Assembly (NCBI GenBank): GCA_036140815.1 | Contig: JAYZXX010000046.1 | Coordinates: forward strand, 1 to 60,551 | DNA length: 60,551 nt | Direction: 5' to 3' | From: Bdellovibrionota bacterium | GTDB taxonomy: Bacteria; Bdellovibrionota; Bdellovibrionia; Bdellovibrionales; UBA840 | Shown: positions 1-9,275 of the stretch, one piece after another | How positions within the stretch are numbered: position 1 is the first letter of the stretch | Layout: each line of letters begins with the position of its first letter | The notes under the pieces: generated by a model | What the model was told of the DNA's origin: nothing | Seen by the model: the letters and a program-made list of their open reading frames with translations, nothing else | The model's database searches: none | Made by a program: the position numbers and the translations under genes

Positions 1-2
1 TT

Positions 3-812
3 TCGCCCCAAACCCCTAAGTATCTTTTAGGCGATCAGAATCGAATCCGCCAGATACTAACGAACTTGCTGGGCAACGCTATCAAGTTTACGAATGAAGG
101 TTCGGTTGAACTACGATTGAGTGTATTGGAGAGGCAAGGAAAAAAAGTTCAGCTCCAATTTAGCATTATTGATACCGGTATTGGTATCAGTGAAGAAAAA
201 CAGCTTAAAATTTTCGACCCATTCACACAAGCAGAAGATAGCCTAACAAAAACAACTCAGGGCACGGGACTTGGTTTGTCGATATCAAAGAAACTAGTAG
301 AAGTAATGGGCGGTCAGATAAGCATGACATCTAGATTGAATCAGGGAACTCGAATGGATGTAGAGATAGAATTGCCGATTATAATAAGGAAGAAAGAGAA
401 TGCACCGGTGATTGAACTAAAAACACATGCAGAGAATAAAGAAAAACTAGTTCTAGTTGTAGAAGATGATTTAGTGAACCAAAAAGTAGCCCAAAAGTTT
501 TTGGAAAAATTAGGCTATAGATCAGAAGTAGCTAATGATGGTTTCGAAGCGGTAGCAATCATTGAAGACAAGCCCGTGGGTTACTACAGTTTAATTTTTA
601 TGGACATGCAAATGCCTAAAATGGATGGTTTGGAAGCGACTAAGAAGATCCTAGGTCTATTGGGCAATAAGGCACCAAACATTATCGCTTTTACGGCAAA
701 TACCTTCTCAGACGATCGTGAAATGTGTATTAAAGCTGGTATGAAAGATGTTTTAGTGAAACCCGTTTTATTGGATAAAATGGATGAACTCCTCAAGAAA
801 TATGCGGCCTAA
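3..812 (+). CDS. Hybrid sensor histidine kinase, C-terminal part (HATPase_c plus receiver domain); 5' end outside window
   Basis: Frame is open from the window edge. N-box '[17 protein letters not shown]' and G-boxes 'DTGIGI' and '[18 protein letters not shown]' are present. A receiver domain follows: '[12 protein letters not shown]...[12 protein letters not shown]...VLVKPV'. Confidence 0.85.
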   Translation, partial: SPQTPKYLLGDQNRIRQILTNLLGNAIKFTNEGSVELRLSVLERQGKKVQLQFSIIDTGIGISEEKQLKIFDPFTQAEDSLTKTTQGTGLGLSISKKLVEVMGGQISMTSRLNQGTRMDVEIELPIIIRKKENAPVIELKTHAENKEKLVLVVEDDLVNQKVAQKFLEKLGYRSEVANDGFEAVAIIEDKPVGYYSLIFMDMQMPKMDGLEATKKILGLLGNKAPNIIAFTANTFSDDREMCIKAGMKDVLVKPVLLDKMDELLKKYAA

Positions 813-1086
813 TTTTGCTAGAGAAAATAGATCAGTTTTAAGTAGGCGCCTATATATTGCTCTACGTTGGAAAGTTATCTCAGAAAAAGTATTTTGAAAA
901 AGAAGCATAGCCACTAATGCACTTGTATTTTTAAGTTTGGGGCACAATCAATAGCCATACTTTCAGTAAAAAATTAGCGAGTACGACTTGACCCACTTAA
1001 CTTAGGCCCCCCCTTAAAAAAAGTTATTATCAGTCGGGTAATTATTTACTGAAAAGCTTGAAATGCGACTAGTTGGTCGGTTTAAA

Positions 1087-1121
1087 AGATTTTAGATTTT
1101 AGATTTTAGATTTTAGATTTT
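1087..1121. repeat. Heptanucleotide microsatellite (AGATTTT)x5, followed by an A6 run
   Basis: Five perfect tandem 7-nt units read directly in the sequence. It lies in the 646-bp intergenic region upstream of the PrkA-like operon. Confidence 0.95.
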
Positions 1122-1458
1122 AAAAAATCCGCAATCAAGATTGTCAGTTATTGGGGGCAAGGATTGTTCCCTGAGAAATTTAAATTACCTATTAAGTGTC
1201 AGTTATCCAACTGCTAGAATATGGAAAAAGACCTTGTGAGAGATTCTAATTCACTAAATAACTTTAGTTCGAGAACTTACTAATAGAGCGCTTGTTTTAT
1301 TTTTTACCTAGTAACTATTAAAAAAAATTATAGTTCTCAAAGGAGCTTGTCATAAAACACTGGGTCTAACTGTAATTCTTGCATGAACTGTAAAACAATT
1401 TGAGTATAAAAACAACAATGAGTATTTTCCAGTCATTCAAAAGAATCACGAGGGAAAT

Positions 1459-3921
1459 ATGTTTAAATTATTGTTTATCCAATCATTTATTGGTTTGGCG
1501 TTATCTTTCTTACTACTAAAGCCAATTCTGGCTGCTGACGACTCTAAGTGCTCTAAAAGCGCAGTAGAAGACTCAAAAGAAACTAAAGGTTTTAAATTAC
1601 CCAAAGAAAAGTTTATAGATGATAAGCTTGCGGCAAGAGCCGAGGTTTGGACTTTACAAGACTTAGTATCACCTGAAAAGAATATGTTAGCGGAGTCGCC
1701 ATTTCTAGCAATGAATGCCGCTCAAAGAATTTTAGCAATTGTTAACAATGCTGGCTTCGTTGAAAAAGACCTTTATGGTTCAGGTAAAACATTCGTTTCT
1801 AACTTTTTTCATACTCCAAGTAAGTGGAATGGTTTTAAAATGGTTGGTGGGCAAGAGTCCGGAACTTCCATGTTTGTTTCTCAACTAAAGCGAGCGGTAG
1901 CAGACGACGCAAACGTAATCTCTTTTGTAGGCCCTCATGGTTCAGGAAAGTCGGCGATCTTATCAGTAATAACTGGAGGGCTTAAAGCTGCTACTGAATT
2001 TGGTGGACAGAAATTCGCATATTACACATTTAGTTGGAAAAACCTCGACAAAATTGAAGCCCTTCGTTCAGGTCTAAAAAAGTTAGATGGAAAATACGTT
2101 GGAACGATGGAGAATGGATTGAATGAAAATCCATTGGTTTTGTTACCTAAAAATTATCAAAAAGCAATGCTCGATGGTGAGGTTAAAGAAGTAGTTCGTG
2201 ATATGGTAGGAACCGATCCAAATCCATTTTTGGAAACAAGTCCTCTTACCGAAAAAATTCGCGAAGAAATTCTTGCGCAAGAATTGATTGAACAAGGTAA
2301 AGAACTATCCGCTGAAAATATCATTGCTGCTCTTAATGAATATGTTGATGTGAAGCGAGTGGTTTTAAAAGATACGGCTATGCTCGATGCCCAAGGAAAA
2401 GACTGGAATCCAGATCAGCTTTTCATTAAGCAAAATATTGTTAAATCAATGAGTCTTGCAACAGATAATCCTATGCTTTATGAATACGGTATTGTTGCCA
2501 GAGCATCAGGAACTGCATTGTTCTTAGATGAAGTACTTCGTAATGAAAAAGATTTGCAAAACAAATGGTTAACTTTGTTCCAGGACCGCTACATTCAAAA
2601 TGGTAGCAGTATGAAAGTGCCTTTGGATATGTTAATTTTAACGGCAACCAATACGGCAAATATTCGTGAAATAAAACAAGATGAAACCGGTGATGCGGCA
2701 TTAGATCGGTACCAAAACATTCCTTTTAATTACGACACAAAACCTAATGTGATCGCGCAAACTCTAGCCTATATGAAAGGTGGGGAGTTGTTTGCTGAAA
2801 AACTGGGTGAAGATGCAACCGGTGAACTGGTTAGAGTATTTCCGAACTCATCAGGAAAAAGCGAAAGTATTTTAAATAAAATTTGGGTTTCTCCAGAAAT
2901 TGGTCAGAAAGCAGTTGTGCCTCATGGTCGTTATCGTCTTTGGATTGGTAACGGGAAAGACAAAATTTCTATCGCACCTCATGTTTGGGAGTTAATATCA
3001 GATGTTGTTTCTGCCAGTAGAATGTATACAAAAGTAAATGAAGCAAAAAATGAAGGATTGGCTGGGGATGTATTGACTCAAACCGTTTACACAGAGCCAG
3101 TTCAAAGAATTCGTTACTTTAATGGCGATGTTACTTTCGGTAGAGGCATTCATGATGAGCTTTATAGTGTCACTCAAAAAATGGGCGAAGGTGAGGCTGG
3201 AATTCCAACTCGTCAAGCCACTCGTTGGATCAACACCGCTCTATACATTGCTTCAAAGCCTGGATATAATAATACCTTAGACATGACAGCGCTTCGAGTT
3301 GCTTTAGATCAAATGGCGAATGACAATCGTGATGTAATTCCAGCGAAACTTTACCACGAGATTGTGGGATATTTTGAGGCTTTACTAAAAGTTATCTACA
3401 TTCCAAAGTTTAGAAAAGACTTTGAAACTGCTGTGATCGCAGATCCTGCTCACGAGAAGCGTACTTATCAAACCTTTCTAAAAATGGCCAAGGCTATGGA
3501 GGCAGGCGAGTCTACTTACAAAGATGCTTCCAATGAAGTTATGCCTGTGAATGAGAATTTTGTTAAAAAGGTAAAGAAAGCCTTCCTAACATATGAGGGT
3601 GAAGAGTTCACTTTAGATTTTATTGCTAGCTTTGCCTTAGATGGTATGATTTCTGGAGAAAAATCAGGTGAAGAACACCCGGGATTAATGGCCGCGATTC
3701 GACATTACCTTTCTTCAAAAGTGACCGAGGACCTTAATTTGCTGGCAGGTTACAAAGACCTTTCAAAGGGTGAGTCCATAGGTAACCAAGAAATTTTAAC
3801 TTCTTGGCAAAAATTCCAGCAAGTGATGATGGAACAATATGGCTACAATGAAAAAGCCCTTCAGTCTGTAGTAGAAAGAATTTATCAAGAAGCAGCTGAT
3901 TCTAGTACAGAAGTAGAATAA
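1459..3921 (+). CDS. PrkA/YeaG-family AAA+ serine protein kinase homolog, divergent, with N-terminal signal-peptide-like sequence
   Basis: ATG preceded by a GAGGGA RBS. Walker A is 'GPHGSGKS'. Colinear with E. coli YeaG landmarks as I remember them: 'NENPLVLLP' ~ 'NDHPFCLF'; 'ASGTALFLDEVLRNEKDLQNKWLTLFQDRYIQ' ~ 'ANQGIMEFVEMFKAPIKVLHPLLTATQEGNY'; 'LILTATNTANI..ALDRYQNIPFNY' ~ 'IILAHSNESEW..FLDRVYIVKVPY'. N-terminus is 'MFKLLFIQSFIGLALSFLLLKPILA|AD'. Confidence 0.75.
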   Translation: MFKLLFIQSFIGLALSFLLLKPILAADDSKCSKSAVEDSKETKGFKLPKEKFIDDKLAARAEVWTLQDLVSPEKNMLAESPFLAMNAAQRILAIVNNAGFVEKDLYGSGKTFVSNFFHTPSKWNGFKMVGGQESGTSMFVSQLKRAVADDANVISFVGPHGSGKSAILSVITGGLKAATEFGGQKFAYYTFSWKNLDKIEALRSGLKKLDGKYVGTMENGLNENPLVLLPKNYQKAMLDGEVKEVVRDMVGTDPNPFLETSPLTEKIREEILAQELIEQGKELSAENIIAALNEYVDVKRVVLKDTAMLDAQGKDWNPDQLFIKQNIVKSMSLATDNPMLYEYGIVARASGTALFLDEVLRNEKDLQNKWLTLFQDRYIQNGSSMKVPLDMLILTATNTANIREIKQDETGDAALDRYQNIPFNYDTKPNVIAQTLAYMKGGELFAEKLGEDATGELVRVFPNSSGKSESILNKIWVSPEIGQKAVVPHGRYRLWIGNGKDKISIAPHVWELISDVVSASRMYTKVNEAKNEGLAGDVLTQTVYTEPVQRIRYFNGDVTFGRGIHDELYSVTQKMGEGEAGIPTRQATRWINTALYIASKPGYNNTLDMTALRVALDQMANDNRDVIPAKLYHEIVGYFEALLKVIYIPKFRKDFETAVIADPAHEKRTYQTFLKMAKAMEAGESTYKDASNEVMPVNENFVKKVKKAFLTYEGEEFTLDFIASFALDGMISGEKSGEEHPGLMAAIRHYLSSKVTEDLNLLAGYKDLSKGESIGNQEILTSWQKFQQVMMEQYGYNEKALQSVVERIYQEAADSSTEVE

Positions 3922-3957
3922 TACGCTATTAGTTTTAAATTTCAGGGGGGATTACTT

Positions 3958-3982
3958 GGAGGCTTAGGGGGCCTCCGTTTTT
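3958..3982 (+). terminator. Hairpin plus T5 between the PrkA-like gene and the giant gene (possible partial terminator/attenuator)
   Basis: GGAGGC-ttagggg-GCCTCC stem-loop (3958-3976), then gTTTTT. The GGAGGA RBS and the ATG at 3993 follow immediately. Confidence 0.35.
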
Positions 3983-3992
3983 GGAGGAAGCT

Positions 3993-6900
3993 ATGCCCCG
4001 CATAATTCTATATATTGTTTTCATCTTAGATCTATCTATTTCTGTGTTTGCTAACAAAGAGTATCCAGTTAGTTACAATGGCGCTACCCCTTATATGTTA
4101 GTGGTTGCTGATGATTCACAAAATAGTGAGTTGAGCCCAGGCTTGTATCGTTTAGAAGACTCAATCAATAAACCTAAATTGGCATTAGAAGGTGATATTC
4201 TAATCAATCCCATTGAGGGGGTCTTACTAGGTAGGCTTGATACTGTTCATGAAAAGAACCGAAGATACGAAGCTGTCGTAGTAATTGATGGCAAAGTTAC
4301 TATTATATCTAGATACACAGATGCTTCTTCCCCTGAGAGTTTCCTTCAAATTGGAACTGGTGAAAATGAGGTTTTAGATCAATTAAATAAATCTTTTGTT
4401 AGGCTTCCACCAGTATTGAAGCACTCAGACATTGTAGTTATGAAAACTGAAATAGAGGGCGGTTATTTAATTTCAATGAAAGGTTTGATGGAGGATGGTT
4501 ATACGTTCTTCTTTAAAATAGGTCTAAGTGAATCTTCAGATAGTAAAATATATTTTGAGCAAAGGCCCATTCTTTTAGATAATAAGTTTTATAACAATTA
4601 TGAGCTAAATAACAGACTGATCAAGGAAGGCTTTATTTCAGATCGTCTAGTTCGCTATTTGAGCTTTCCTGAACACGAGGATGCGAAGCGAGTTCTAGAT
4701 CATAAAAGTATGATAGTAACTAACTACCAAAACCATGAGAATAATTGGGATGGTCAAACCGGCATTCCTCGGATTGATTTGAGAAGCTTAAAAATTGCAG
4801 ATTTGCCACCGCTTAAGGTTTCACTAGGCGATAATTTATTACAAATAGTGGACATTGAAAGAAATAAGGCTGAAATCGTAGCGATGATGAATCCCAAAGT
4901 ACCTTTGAAAAGTGCCTGGGTAGATACTGAAGGCGAAAGCGAAAGTCCGTACGTTCGAGCTGTTAATGAATTAAAAGCTGAAGTTTTCTTTGCTGAAAAA
5001 GTCTTACATTTTTATTATAATGGTCAGATTGCAGAAATATCCTCCCTAAGTCCAGAGTTGCCATTAGATCTCAGTGCTTCTTTTGTGTATAAATCTGGAA
5101 CTAGTATTTATCTAATCATATCGCAAAAGTTTGAGACTTCTGAAAGTACTAGTCTTGTAGAAATCAGTTTGCCCGTTGATTCAAGCGTTGGAAAGTTGCA
5201 ATATCTTATGTCTCTTAAGATTAGCCCTTATTTTTATTCCAGCGAAGAACTTAGTTATAGACATTTTGACGAAAAGTATTTTGACATCCTTTCGAAATCT
5301 GAAAATGAAAAAGATCGGGTTGTTTGGGAACAAGATCTAGACTATACAAAACCTCTTTTTGATTTGGTCAAGAGTGTGAAAAATGGAAAGGTGGAAAAGA
5401 AGTACCTTAAGCCCATTGAAGAAATTGTGATCACTCCATCATTGACATACAAAGTTTTCCAAGAAGAGGGCGTAGCTAGTGAGAATAGAGTTTCAGGGAT
5501 TTATAATGGAGAATCACTGCTTGTACAAGGTCAGCTTGTTGAAGTTAATATAGGAGATGAAAAGCTATTATCTATTTCTAAAAATACTAATTTTTATGAC
5601 CCTGTAGTTGATAAAATAGAAGAAAGGCAAGCAACTATATTTTTTGTGGATAAAAGCTTTCGAGGAGGGCAAAAATCTGTTGAAGTGAATTTGGTTGTGC
5701 CTGGAGTTGGTCAGAAACATTATAGACTAGGGGAAATTGATGGGTTTCCAGAGTCTAAATTTCATTCTGCGAGTGTAGTACTGCCACTTGTGAAAGATGA
5801 TAAGGCTGCTTATTTGCTCTTAGCTACAGAAATTGATGAAAAGCAACAGGCGGAGGTTTTAAGTTTCAAATTTGGAATCGATGCAGATGAGAGTGTTCCA
5901 CTGCCAAAGACATTTAAAGTCTTCAACTACATGGAAAAATCTATAGATTCAAGATTGCGCTTTGAAAAGTCTGGTGCTCCTTATTTACTAGAAGACTCCC
6001 AAGCCTCAGCTAGAAACATAAAGTTAATCGACTTAGCAGAGCCAGAGTCTAGAATTTTTCCTAATCGTAGTCAGTATAAGCATCTTAGCTTTACAGGAGT
6101 TTCCTCTGGAAGCGATGCAAGTGCTTGGGAAAACCCTTGGCTAATAACAAACCCAAATCATGATGAGAGCTTTGCTTTTTTAAAGAAATCTAGTTCCGAA
6201 AAGTACAAGTCACAGTTGTTTGATAATTTCTTTCAGCAATTAGAAGCAATTGCTAAAGGTGAAACCCCCGAAAAGCACCACATATTTATAGTACCCGATG
6301 CCTTGCAGACTTATTTATTTCACTCGATCTTAGCGAACTGGAAAGATAGCAAAAATTTTCTGAGTATGAGTAATAGAAAACTGCTTTTAAATGTAATCAA
6401 TGGATCTACGGTTACAAGTCAAAATGCTTTAATGGATCTATACAAAACTTTAGATAAAGAGAAAACAAAAGGTAACACGAGTATAATTTTAGGACAGTGG
6501 TCGGAAGTTCATAGCATGGGCAGGTTAAAAGTGGATCAAGGGGACAACAGCTTTGAACTTAGTTATGTATCTGATGACTTTAGTGAAGAAGAGGGGGAAC
6601 GAGATATCCTTAAAAACGAAGGAAATGAAAGTCACGTGGTATCTAAGAATCCTCATAGTTTGTACTTAATGGCAACTGAGGGCGAGAAACTTGCTTTGCA
6701 AGATTTTCCTAAGGCCAAGTCAACTAATAAAAACTCTTTGGTTATCCTGGCAACTGAATCTGAAATCAATGAATTTAAAAACGAGTCTTTTGAGGCTAAC
6801 TATGGTCTTTTGGAGCATTTCGAAATTCATCAACTCCCACGCCCAAGCTTAGAACATCAGTCAAAACTGTTTGAAAGGCTGTTTGAAGAGAAGCCGGATT

Positions 6901-9275
6901 TAAAGCTTCTTCGCTACAAGTTTGATGCAAAGAATATTTCAAGTACTGATCCTGTATTGCAAAAAAATTGGGAAGACTTGAGCTTTGATGAACGCGACCA
7001 TGTTAAAAAAATGATGTTTAACTATTACGTGCAGAGAATTAACGCCGTTGCCGATGCGAATGGCATAGCTCCTGTAATGGCATTGTCTAATATTGTGAAT
7101 GAATTTTATAGACAGTTGATTAGTAATTCAGACTTGCGTAGTGAAAGAACCATTACAACAGTTCTTATTGAAAGAATTTTGAGTGAAAAGTACGGAACAC
7201 CCTTAAATTTAGAAACTCTTCCGGAAAATGATCCGTTGAAAATTGTAAGTTCTCATCGTTTTTTAGATTTGATATTTAAGTCTAATCATGACGCCGACAT
7301 AGAAATTATTGAACAAATTAAAAAGACACGACTTGGTCAAACGAAGAAGGACCCTGCTTTATTGGTACCTTCTTCGATTATTTTGGTAGGACCAACGGGA
7401 ACTGGGAAGACAAGTCTTTGGTTAGCAATTCAAAAGGCGGTAGATAACAAAATCTATAATTTTGACAAAGACAATAACACGGAGGCGAGAGCTTTCTTTA
7501 TAAATTTGGAGAAAGTAATTCCTGATTATGGACCAAATACAAAAGCCTCAGACAGAGGCTCCAGTTTAACAATTACCGAATTAATAAAACATTTAGACAC
7601 CTTTTTAACCGGGCCTAATGGAGCAAGGGGAGATATTCTACTTGATGATGTAAGTAAAGCACATCCAAAAGTTTTAGGTAAACTTTTAGCTAAGCTTTAT
7701 GAAATTTTAGATGCTGAAGATGGTATCTATTATGCGAGAAGAAATGGACAGGTAGTGGAAGTGCCTGTGGGAAATTTGAATATAACCCTAACATTAAATC
7801 CTACAGAGAAGGAGTCGAAGCTTTCCGAGTATAGTAAGGCCCCTAAGGATATGACAATTCAAGAGTTAATTGTGGCAACATTAAATAGTGATGAGTTTTC
7901 TTTCGATAAATCACATTTGGCACGATTTTCCAGAATCATTGAGATCGATAAATTTTCGGAAAATGCAAAGCTCCCTGGAATGATTAGAGATCTAAAGTCT
8001 TCCATCGAGTCAGATTTTACGTCGCAAAACCGTCTGAGCCTTTTTACCAATGACTTTGTTTCAAGTATTGTTGAGTATTTCTCTGATATGGATGCTAGAA
8101 CATTTAAGTCCAGAGCAGTTCAAACGGCGATGGAAATCACTCAAAATGTTAATGGCCCATTAAAGATACTTGCTCCTTCAAAGGAGCAGAAGATGGAGAT
8201 GTTGCAACGAAGAGTTAAACTTGGCGGTGGTACAGTAGATATTGATAATTTCATGCAAAATTATACTCAGGTCTTAAAAATCGGAGAAAGTCAGGAAGCT
8301 AATTTCCGCTTACTTCAGGTAATGATTGATAGCTATCGTGTAATGATTTTTGACCAACTTTACAAGAAGACACTTTTGAACTTTTCTGGAGTGGGGGAGC
8401 ATTTCGCGCAGGAGATTGGCCAGCAAATCTTGTTGGCACTGGGGGAACATTTGGCTGAGAAGCCTCAAATTCCTTTGAGTGCTGTGCGACTGGACCCTTC
8501 ATTTTATGGTTTAAAACACGCAGATGACATAGAAAGCTTTTATCGCTTATTAGGTAGTATTGATGGACAGAGAAACAGTTCCGATAAATTTTATCCCTCA
8601 CCTGATTTCTTTAGGACGGAAGACCGCGATGATTTGTCTGTGTTAATTGGTGAAAAGAAGTCTAGCGGTGACAATAAAGAAGCCAATGTTTTTAGAGGCT
8701 TGAGTTCGGCACTTCGGCCACACCTTCAATCTTTACTTGAAAAAATGGTTTATCAAAATACCAGTTCCGATGCCAGTCTAGAGACTTGGCTAGAACGAAT
8801 TGATGAAGAAGCAGAGAGACGAATTGCCGTAAATAATACAGCTGAGGAGTTGCGATTGTTTTCTGATGTTGTATTTCAAGAACTTAGCTTGATGGTGCGA
8901 AAATTAATGAAGGTAGATATAGACTCTCGTAAATCTTACTCTGTCTATGAGCAGACAAGAATCTTTTTGTTTGTAATGGATAAAACAATCGCAGGACTAA
9001 ATTGGGATAAATATCTTGGCTTTAAGTTGGCAATATTAGAACAGTTTTCAAGTAATATGGTTGTAGGTTCTAGAGCCTCCGTTCAAGAGTATTTGTTCAA
9101 AAATCGTTTTTCTCTCTTATGGCCTAGGGCTCATAGTTCTTTGTTAAATTTAATGGAGAACTCTGAGTTGATTAAGGATCTTAATGTTGATTTTGACAAG
9201 AAAAGCTCTACTCGCTCTAGTCAGTTCTATAATAAATGTAGATTTTCCGCAGTTCCTAAGCAAGGGGGCCAGTAA
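3993..9275 (+). CDS. Giant (~1760 aa) hypothetical protein: signal-like N-terminus, ~1100 aa of unrecognised sequence, then a Clp-D2-like AAA+ ATPase module
   Basis: GGAGGA RBS 4 nt upstream of the ATG at 3993; the track start at 3981 is a TTG inside the T-run. N-terminus is 'MPRIILYIVFILDLSISVFA|NK'. Walker A 'LVGPTGTGKTS' (about nt 7389-7415). Walker B/sensor region 'ILLDDVSKAHPKVLGKLL', resembling ClpA/B D2 '[18 protein letters not shown]'. Its stop overlaps the next start (TAATG). Confidence 0.7.
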   Translation: MPRIILYIVFILDLSISVFANKEYPVSYNGATPYMLVVADDSQNSELSPGLYRLEDSINKPKLALEGDILINPIEGVLLGRLDTVHEKNRRYEAVVVIDGKVTIISRYTDASSPESFLQIGTGENEVLDQLNKSFVRLPPVLKHSDIVVMKTEIEGGYLISMKGLMEDGYTFFFKIGLSESSDSKIYFEQRPILLDNKFYNNYELNNRLIKEGFISDRLVRYLSFPEHEDAKRVLDHKSMIVTNYQNHENNWDGQTGIPRIDLRSLKIADLPPLKVSLGDNLLQIVDIERNKAEIVAMMNPKVPLKSAWVDTEGESESPYVRAVNELKAEVFFAEKVLHFYYNGQIAEISSLSPELPLDLSASFVYKSGTSIYLIISQKFETSESTSLVEISLPVDSSVGKLQYLMSLKISPYFYSSEELSYRHFDEKYFDILSKSENEKDRVVWEQDLDYTKPLFDLVKSVKNGKVEKKYLKPIEEIVITPSLTYKVFQEEGVASENRVSGIYNGESLLVQGQLVEVNIGDEKLLSISKNTNFYDPVVDKIEERQATIFFVDKSFRGGQKSVEVNLVVPGVGQKHYRLGEIDGFPESKFHSASVVLPLVKDDKAAYLLLATEIDEKQQAEVLSFKFGIDADESVPLPKTFKVFNYMEKSIDSRLRFEKSGAPYLLEDSQASARNIKLIDLAEPESRIFPNRSQYKHLSFTGVSSGSDASAWENPWLITNPNHDESFAFLKKSSSEKYKSQLFDNFFQQLEAIAKGETPEKHHIFIVPDALQTYLFHSILANWKDSKNFLSMSNRKLLLNVINGSTVTSQNALMDLYKTLDKEKTKGNTSIILGQWSEVHSMGRLKVDQGDNSFELSYVSDDFSEEEGERDILKNEGNESHVVSKNPHSLYLMATEGEKLALQDFPKAKSTNKNSLVILATESEINEFKNESFEANYGLLEHFEIHQLPRPSLEHQSKLFERLFEEKPDLKLLRYKFDAKNISSTDPVLQKNWEDLSFDERDHVKKMMFNYYVQRINAVADANGIAPVMALSNIVNEFYRQLISNSDLRSERTITTVLIERILSEKYGTPLNLETLPENDPLKIVSSHRFLDLIFKSNHDADIEIIEQIKKTRLGQTKKDPALLVPSSIILVGPTGTGKTSLWLAIQKAVDNKIYNFDKDNNTEARAFFINLEKVIPDYGPNTKASDRGSSLTITELIKHLDTFLTGPNGARGDILLDDVSKAHPKVLGKLLAKLYEILDAEDGIYYARRNGQVVEVPVGNLNITLTLNPTEKESKLSEYSKAPKDMTIQELIVATLNSDEFSFDKSHLARFSRIIEIDKFSENAKLPGMIRDLKSSIESDFTSQNRLSLFTNDFVSSIVEYFSDMDARTFKSRAVQTAMEITQNVNGPLKILAPSKEQKMEMLQRRVKLGGGTVDIDNFMQNYTQVLKIGESQEANFRLLQVMIDSYRVMIFDQLYKKTLLNFSGVGEHFAQEIGQQILLALGEHLAEKPQIPLSAVRLDPSFYGLKHADDIESFYRLLGSIDGQRNSSDKFYPSPDFFRTEDRDDLSVLIGEKKSSGDNKEANVFRGLSSALRPHLQSLLEKMVYQNTSSDASLETWLERIDEEAERRIAVNNTAEELRLFSDVVFQELSLMVRKLMKVDIDSRKSYSVYEQTRIFLFVMDKTIAGLNWDKYLGFKLAILEQFSSNMVVGSRASVQEYLFKNRFSLLWPRAHSSLLNLMENSELIKDLNVDFDKKSSTRSSQFYNKCRFSAVPKQGGQ

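Noticed and set aside
584-796. Antisense 70-aa ORF inside the hybrid kinase receiver domain. The same kind of ORF occurs at 2471-2701, 2998-3216, 7859-8050, 8299-8601, 9653-9910, 11926-12479, 13304-13519, 16582-17180, 24182-24415, 27430-27705, 28380-28592, 38776-39054, 41328-41567, 42681-42896, 55249-55446, 56436-56651, 57117-57314, 58682-58906 and 59937-60125.
   Set aside because: Each lies fully within a longer ORF on the other strand or frame that has recognisable family motifs. None has an RBS or recognisable motifs.
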